A stretch of DNA of 21,737 nucleotides from positions 1 to 21,737 of the forward strand of contig JAHQWG010000041.1 in NCBI GenBank assembly GCA_029856045.1, written 5' to 3'. The notes under the pieces are model-generated. The model searched no databases and was not told the origin of the DNA. It saw only the letters and a list, made by a program, of their open reading frames with translations. A program made the translations under genes and the position numbers. The stretch comes from Promethearchaeia archaeon (GTDB lineage Archaea > Asgardarchaeota > Lokiarchaeia > Sigyniarchaeales > SOKP01). Numbering within the stretch: position 1 is the stretch's first letter; every line of letters starts with the position of its first letter. Of this stretch, positions 16,926-21,737 are shown one piece after another.

Positions 16926-17840
16926 TTATCTATTATTCTTTATTGCAATAAATTTCCTTTTCCAAATTATAATTAATCCAGTTAAAAAAATCATAATAAA
17001 TAAAGTGAAACCTAATTGATAACCTGAAATAATAAGAGCTGGAAATTCAGAAAAATGTAAAGCATAAATCCACGATATTGCGTGATCTTCACCTTCTCCT
17101 GTACCATATTCATTATCCAATATAGCGATTGTAAATTCATATATCGTCTTTTCTTCGAATTGAACATCATATTGCTCACCGGTTGTTAAAGGTCGAGAAA
17201 TTTCTATTTGATAACGATTTGTATCATTAAACCAGGTTCCATAAATCATACCTGTCTCTATTTGGCTAATTTCAGAATTGTGAGGATACCAACCATCATC
17301 TCCAAAACATGTATCATAACCGTTGTATGAAGAACCATTTTCTTTTCCTATCCGATATCCCCATTGCCAAGTATCCACATCTCCTCCACCATACGGACCT
17401 GTCTTCATACCTTGGTAAAATGCCGCAGTATAATTTGACATATTTATGTTCCAACACATTGAAAATTGATCCCAATTGCTCAGTGGAGTTGAATCCTCCC
17501 AACTAGCCAAAATAAATAAGTGGGTATCACTATGAGCGAAAGATATATTAACGTATCTAATAAAAAAATTAGGAGAATAAAAATCAGCGGCAACGGGTAT
17601 CAATATAGAATTATTTTTTCCAGAAACATGCCAAAAATCTTCATTATCCTGACCATCAAGAGTAATAACCGCATTTGGGTCATAATATATATCCACATGA
17701 GTAGTATGATGATAATATTGGCAATCTCCTTTACCAGGCCACGAAGACCCTATAATTATAGGAGCAGATATAGCTTGAATTATGAGAAATATTAAGAAGA
17801 AAAAAAAAAATGGAATTAAAGTTTTTTTATGGAGCGCCAT
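16926..17840 (-). CDS. Secreted DOMON / ethylbenzene dehydrogenase gamma-like putative heme-binding protein with a Loki-CTERM-like anchor
   Basis: Signal peptide; ITLDG...EDFW; HLFILASWEDST; DQFSMCW; GM; DTWQW; EISRPLTTG..DVQF; FTIAILD; H; C-terminal ISGY + TM + KRK. Confidence 0.7.
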   Translation of the reverse strand: MALHKKTLIPFFFFFLIFLIIQAISAPIIIGSSWPGKGDCQYYHHTTHVDIYYDPNAVITLDGQDNEDFWHVSGKNNSILIPVAADFYSPNFFIRYVNISFAHSDTHLFILASWEDSTPLSNWDQFSMCWNINMSNYTAAFYQGMKTGPYGGGDVDTWQWGYRIGKENGSSYNGYDTCFGDDGWYPHNSEISQIETGMIYGTWFNDTNRYQIEISRPLTTGEQYDVQFEEKTIYEFTIAILDNEYGTGEGEDHAISWIYALHFSEFPALIISGYQLGFTLFIMIFLTGLIIIWKRKFIAIKNNR

Positions 17841-17871
17841 TACTTTATCACAATTATTTTTTATTTATTTT

Positions 17872-18978
17872 CTATATTTCAATATATATACTAGTTAACC
17901 ATTTGTTATATCCCTTCTTTAATTGCCCTGGAACTATTAACTTATAAGGACCACCATCAACGAGCTTTAAAGATGTAGGATTTCCAGAGCCCACTTTTTG
18001 ATGCTGAATCTCTGCATTCACAATCCACATTAGATTACCCTCTGGGGCATGAATTGAATCCATTGGCATCGGAAATCCAGTGCCAGGAATACAATCTCCA
18101 GTTGTTGCATTCAAAGTACAATTAACAATAGATGGTTCCACCAATCCTGATTCAATGTCTGTATTATTGTATCCTGAGCTTGGCCAAGAAAATCCGTCTA
18201 CACAATCCCATGTAATGTTATAATTTTCCAAAATATTCGCTTCTTTTGTGAAATTTTTTAAGGTCCTTCCTTTTATTGTACAATTCCAGTCAAAATATTC
18301 CGTTCCATTATCATCATACCACCAATGATATGTATTGTAATCTCCGATTCCTTCCATCATTTTATTTGTATCTATTGTGTAATTCAGAATTCCATTCACA
18401 TAAACCGGAATTACCCACTCAGATATAATCTCTATGCTTGTTACATTCATAATCGCCGTGGAGGCATTAAGATCTCCACCAAATAATGAAAAATTTCCAT
18501 AAGCAGCACCTAGCGGAGAATTTTTTAACCAATTATCATTAGCCATTATTCCAATAATTAGAGGGTTTGTTGTTTGAGGATTTTTTACCATATTTCCATC
18601 AGAATTAATCATAAACCCAACATCTGTATCCAGATTATCGGAAAAATTATGAACCTTTACACCCCAAGGAGCATGAAACCCAAAATAATTAAATAATTCT
18701 ACGACATTTACACCAGTTATATTATATCCTTGTCCAGTTGTTTCAGTATCCTCAAATTTTATTTGAGTTAAATCTCCAGATTCAATTAAATCTATTATAG
18801 TTGAAGCATTTATTGACTTCTCAGTTCCATCCCAATATTTTATTTTGAGATCTTGTAGAGGAGGGGAAGTATCAGATGTTGTCCCAATTTGCGTAATAAG
18901 CCATATTCCACCACTGACTCCAGCAATAATCACAGCAACTACTATTATACTTGTTATAATTAGATTTCTTTTCTCCAA
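17872..18978 (-). CDS. Membrane-anchored extracellular glycoprotein, probably two degenerate molybdopterin-oxidoreductase-like domains
   Basis: TTG start; N-terminal TM; ITGVNVVELF and IKGRTLKNF; DCVDGFS; GGPYKLIVPG...KWLTSIYI at the C-terminus; 14 N-x-S/T sequons counted. Confidence 0.55.
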   Translation of the reverse strand: MEKRNLIITSIIVVAVIIAGVSGGIWLITQIGTTSDTSPPLQDLKIKYWDGTEKSINASTIIDLIESGDLTQIKFEDTETTGQGYNITGVNVVELFNYFGFHAPWGVKVHNFSDNLDTDVGFMINSDGNMVKNPQTTNPLIIGIMANDNWLKNSPLGAAYGNFSLFGGDLNASTAIMNVTSIEIISEWVIPVYVNGILNYTIDTNKMMEGIGDYNTYHWWYDDNGTEYFDWNCTIKGRTLKNFTKEANILENYNITWDCVDGFSWPSSGYNNTDIESGLVEPSIVNCTLNATTGDCIPGTGFPMPMDSIHAPEGNLMWIVNAEIQHQKVGSGNPTSLKLVDGGPYKLIVPGQLKKGYNKWLTSIYIEI

Positions 18979-19001
18979 ATTTGATCAATCTCAAAGCTTT
19001 T

Positions 19002-19029
19002 ATCATTATGAAAGCTTATACATAACGAT
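19002..19029. promoter_or_regulatory. ModE-box-like palindromic operator upstream of the 18978-13026 operon
   Basis: Minus strand ATCGTTATGTA-TAAGCT-TTCATAATGAT. The outer 9-bp arms ATCGTTATG/CATAATGAT are complementary at 8 of 9 positions. Same 11-6-11 geometry as the ModE consensus ATCGnTATATA-N6-TATATAnCGAT; 23 nt upstream of the TTG start. Confidence 0.65.
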
Positions 19030-19050
19030 AATTTTTCATCAAATTTAAAG

Positions 19051-19776
19051 TTATTTTTTTAAAATATAGCTAAAGATGGGAATAAAAAGAAAATATTTGT
19101 TATTCTCTATAGCTACATTCATTTTTTTATTTTTAAAATTATGATTAGTTAAAATTTTTTTAAAAAATTTTAGTTCTTTTAATAAATTATCTTTATTCTT
19201 ACTCGAAGTCCAAGGAACACTTATACAATATCGCTCAACTATCTCGAATTTTTGAGAAAAATATTGATTCATTTTTCTCCCCACTTCAGGATCGGCTCCA
19301 TTATCTTTCAAATTTGAGATTAATGCATCTTTTAAACCTGTTTCTGGAGATTCAATAACCCCTCCATAATCGGGCTCTGCAAGTATTAATAGAATACCTT
19401 CTTTTTTTAAAATTCTATGAATTTCATTGAAACATTTTTCAAGATCCTTAATCCATAAAAATAAATAATGTGTAATAATCACTTCAAATTTCTCATCTTC
19501 GAAGTCATTATTTAAAATATCCATATATTGAAGATTTGCCTTGATGTTCTCTTGATTTAAATTGTCTTTGGCAATTTTTAAACGATGTTCATCAATATCA
19601 ATTCCATATAAATTTAGATTAAATTCTTTCCCAATTTCTTTTAGAAGTGCTCCAGTGCCACACCCAATTTCCAAAAGATTTTTCTTGGTCTCCAGATTTA
19701 TTATCTTATAAATATGACTCCTGAATTCATAAGTCCACTTTAATTGTTCGCTGAATCTTATATTCCAATCAATCAT
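19051..19776 (-). CDS. Class I SAM-dependent methyltransferase
   Basis: LLEIGCGTG, GIDID, HRILKKEG, AEPDY, GADPEVGR. Confidence 0.9.
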   Translation of the reverse strand: MIDWNIRFSEQLKWTYEFRSHIYKIINLETKKNLLEIGCGTGALLKEIGKEFNLNLYGIDIDEHRLKIAKDNLNQENIKANLQYMDILNNDFEDEKFEVIITHYLFLWIKDLEKCFNEIHRILKKEGILLILAEPDYGGVIESPETGLKDALISNLKDNGADPEVGRKMNQYFSQKFEIVERYCISVPWTSSKNKDNLLKELKFFKKILTNHNFKNKKMNVAIENNKYFLFIPIFSYILKK

Positions 19777-19820
19777 AAAATAAGTGTTTAGTTATTGATA
19801 AAAAAAAATAAATTAAAAAA

Positions 19821-21212
19821 TTAAAAATTTGGAATATTACAAATTAATTTCTTTTGATCGATGTACAATGGGCATCCTCCGCCACAAATTCGTAATAATT
19901 CGCATTTTTTACATTTAGGCTCAATATATTCATGGTTTCTTATACTTTTAAACAGTTTTGAATTCCAAATAGTGTCCCAGTCATCTTTTAATATATTCCC
20001 AACAGGTTCATAGTAAGATTGGCAAGGTAAAACATCTCCATTTGGTTCAATTGCAATGCTTGTATTTGCTGCAGAGCATCTTTTTGGTCCCAAACCAATT
20101 TCTACTGGATTAATAGAACAATATTGAGTTGGAGTATACCAGATAAATCGCATGTCCAATTTTCGAGCTCGATTATTTATCTTGTTTAGTATTGGCTCTA
20201 ACTCTTCTTCAGCAATGCCGTGCTCAAACTCCTTTCCCTTACCAGAATAAATTAATCCATTACAAGCAAAAGTTTTTACGTTTAATTCATGAAGGAAATT
20301 TATTGTATCTTTAATTCCCTCGACGTTATGCTTGCATAATGTAGTATTAGTCATAAAGAAAATATCTTCTTCTTCAAAATTTTTGATTGCTTGAACGGTT
20401 TCATCAAACCCATCTACACCAACCATTTTATTATGGATTTCTTTATCATGAGATTCCAAAGTTATCTGAGCATAATCTAAACCTTTTTGTATTGCTTGTT
20501 TTACTAAGTTTTTATCAGCAAATTTCCTTCCATTAGTTATAATCCCCATTACAAAACCTTTTTCTTGACCATATGCGATCAAATCCAGAAAATCATCTCT
20601 CATTGTTGGTTCTCCTCCCGTTAAGGCTATATGCGGGACTCCAACATCCCATAATGCATCCATTATTCTTTTCATAGACTCTGTATCAAGTACTGGAAAA
20701 TCTCGTTCTCTTGCAACGTAACAATGTCCACAATTATTGTTACAGTCGTAAGTAATTGCTAAATCAATTCTTAAAGGAAATTCTGAAACTTTAAATGGCT
20801 TTTTTGCGTCTATTCCAATTTGGGAAAAGGGATCAACATCTTCCTCTGATAGTAAAAATTCTACTTTATCTAAAAGAGTATTATAATCTTCTTCTACTTC
20901 TTCGGCTGTTGTCCGAAAATATTTTATGAAAAATTCTTGAATTTCGGTTAAAGATTTTCCTTCAATAAACTCCTTGAAATACATCATAGCAAATTGATTT
21001 AAATAAAGTACATATTTTGCATCAATTATTAGGATTCCTTTACTATTTTTCAATATTCTTAAGTGAAATTTATGAGATCCAGTTTTTCTAAATTCAATTA
21101 TATTTGAATATACTCTAGGAATAGAATCATCAAAAACGAATTTTGGTAATATCTTCTTTTTTAATTTCTTGAAGAATTTTTTTGTTTTTCCTTTGGGTTT
21201 TACTATACTCAT
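19821..21212 (-). CDS. Radical SAM/SPASM-domain enzyme with an N-terminal PqqD-like RiPP recognition element
   Basis: CNNNCGHC; TGGEP; ITNG; SPASM CSAANTSIAIEPNGDVLPC...CKKCELLRICGGGCP; N-terminal LYLNQFA...EGKSLTEI...AEEVEEDYNTLLDKV three-helix RRE pattern. Confidence 0.92.
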   Translation of the reverse strand: MSIVKPKGKTKKFFKKLKKKILPKFVFDDSIPRVYSNIIEFRKTGSHKFHLRILKNSKGILIIDAKYVLYLNQFAMMYFKEFIEGKSLTEIQEFFIKYFRTTAEEVEEDYNTLLDKVEFLLSEEDVDPFSQIGIDAKKPFKVSEFPLRIDLAITYDCNNNCGHCYVARERDFPVLDTESMKRIMDALWDVGVPHIALTGGEPTMRDDFLDLIAYGQEKGFVMGIITNGRKFADKNLVKQAIQKGLDYAQITLESHDKEIHNKMVGVDGFDETVQAIKNFEEEDIFFMTNTTLCKHNVEGIKDTINFLHELNVKTFACNGLIYSGKGKEFEHGIAEEELEPILNKINNRARKLDMRFIWYTPTQYCSINPVEIGLGPKRCSAANTSIAIEPNGDVLPCQSYYEPVGNILKDDWDTIWNSKLFKSIRNHEYIEPKCKKCELLRICGGGCPLYIDQKKLICNIPNF

Positions 21213-21215
21213 CTT

Positions 21216-21737
21216 TTATCTACCTCCTCCAGCACACGCACATGCACACCCTGCACAAGCACAAGCACAAGCGCAACCTCCAGCTCCACCACGACCTCCA
21301 CCACGACCACCAGTACTTCTTGGTCGAGGAGGGGCAACTGTATTAACTATACTCTCAGCGAAATTGGTGAAATTCTTAACTATTGTATTGCTAACATTTT
21401 CCATACCCCGGACAATCGAATCTGAAAATGTATGGATATTAATATGCTGTTTAGGAAGTATATTCGCACTTATAGATCTTCCGGGATGATATGTATAGTA
21501 ATGATGCCGAGGCCAATAATAATGATACCAATAATAACGCGGATACCAATATGGATAATGAACATAATAACGGTGACTTAGATATCGTTCTGAACGTTTT
21601 TCAAATAGGTCATCTAAAACTATCCAGTCATATTCATCTTCAATATCTTCAAATTCTATTTCATTTGGCATCTTTTTAATTGTTTCCCATGCTTGATTAA
21701 TCATGTTATCATAGTAATAAGTTGTAGCGTCCAATTC
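21216..21737 (-). CDS. C-terminal part of a protein ending in a Gly-rich linker and the Cys-rich tail GGCACACACAGCACACAGGGR (putative radical SAM substrate; 5' end outside the window)
   Basis: The frame stays open past the TTG at 21734 to the edge (GAA at 21737-21735). Tail has 7 Cys; stop lies 3 nt before the rSAM ATG. Confidence 0.85.
   Translation of the reverse strand, partial: ELDATTYYYDNMINQAWETIKKMPNEIEFEDIEDEYDWIVLDDLFEKRSERYLSHRYYVHYPYWYPRYYWYHYYWPRHHYYTYHPGRSISANILPKQHINIHTFSDSIVRGMENVSNTIVKNFTNFAESIVNTVAPPRPRSTGGRGGGRGGAGGCACACACAGCACACAGGGR

Noticed and set aside
17309-19048. ORFs 17309..17506, 17314..17502, 17520..17795 and 18845..19048
   Set aside because: Overlap better-supported operon genes in alternative frames or on the opposite strand.
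21234-21311. GCACAA and CCACCACGA short tandem repeats as a microsatellite or CRISPR-like array
   Set aside because: Fully explained by Cys-Ala and Gly-Gly-Arg codons; synonymous variation (GCT/GCG/GCA, TGT/TGC) points to protein-level selection; no spacers.
21169-21679. Plus-strand ORFs 21169..21489 (AHAHAHP/AQAQAQ) and 21491..21679 (Asn-rich)
   Set aside because: Their low complexity is simply the reverse complement of the Cys-Ala/Gly tail and the Tyr-rich segment.
21732-21734. TTG as the true start of a 172-aa precursor
   Set aside because: The frame remains open to the window edge, so the gene is probably truncated rather than starting here.

Overview
AT-rich archaeal chromosomal window, most likely from an Asgard archaeon of the Lokiarchaeia type. 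This is inferred from two longin-like genes, a Rab-like small GTPase, two Loki-CTERM-like C-terminal anchors and an archaea-specific SF2 helicase. The left and middle parts hold mostly standalone genes: truncated longin-like protein, SF2 helicase, an unlisted 53-aa ORF, a DnaJ-type Zn-finger (SSUH2-like) protein, a membrane protein, a solitary ECF S-component, parvulin, a threonine synthase-wHTH fusion, a Rab-like GTPase that needs a non-canonical ATA start, a PfkB kinase, an apparently circularly permuted phospholipase D, a longin protein and a VapBC pair. The right part holds two candidate undescribed systems on the minus strand. (1) 13026-18978 is a six-gene operon preceded by a 28-bp ModE-box-like palindrome. 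It encodes two membrane-anchored molybdopterin-oxidoreductase-fold proteins lacking the usual Mo-ligating Cys, a DOMON/EbdC-like heme protein and a complete ECF importer, suggesting Mo/W-cofactor uptake. (2) 19051-21737 encodes a protein, cut by the window edge, ending in GGCACACACAGCACACAGGGR. It is tightly coupled to a PqqD/RRE-radical SAM-SPASM enzyme and followed by a methyltransferase, suggesting a RiPP-like or protein-tail modification system. No rRNA, tRNA, CRISPR array or transposase was recognised. All family assignments come from reading motifs by eye; no searches were run.
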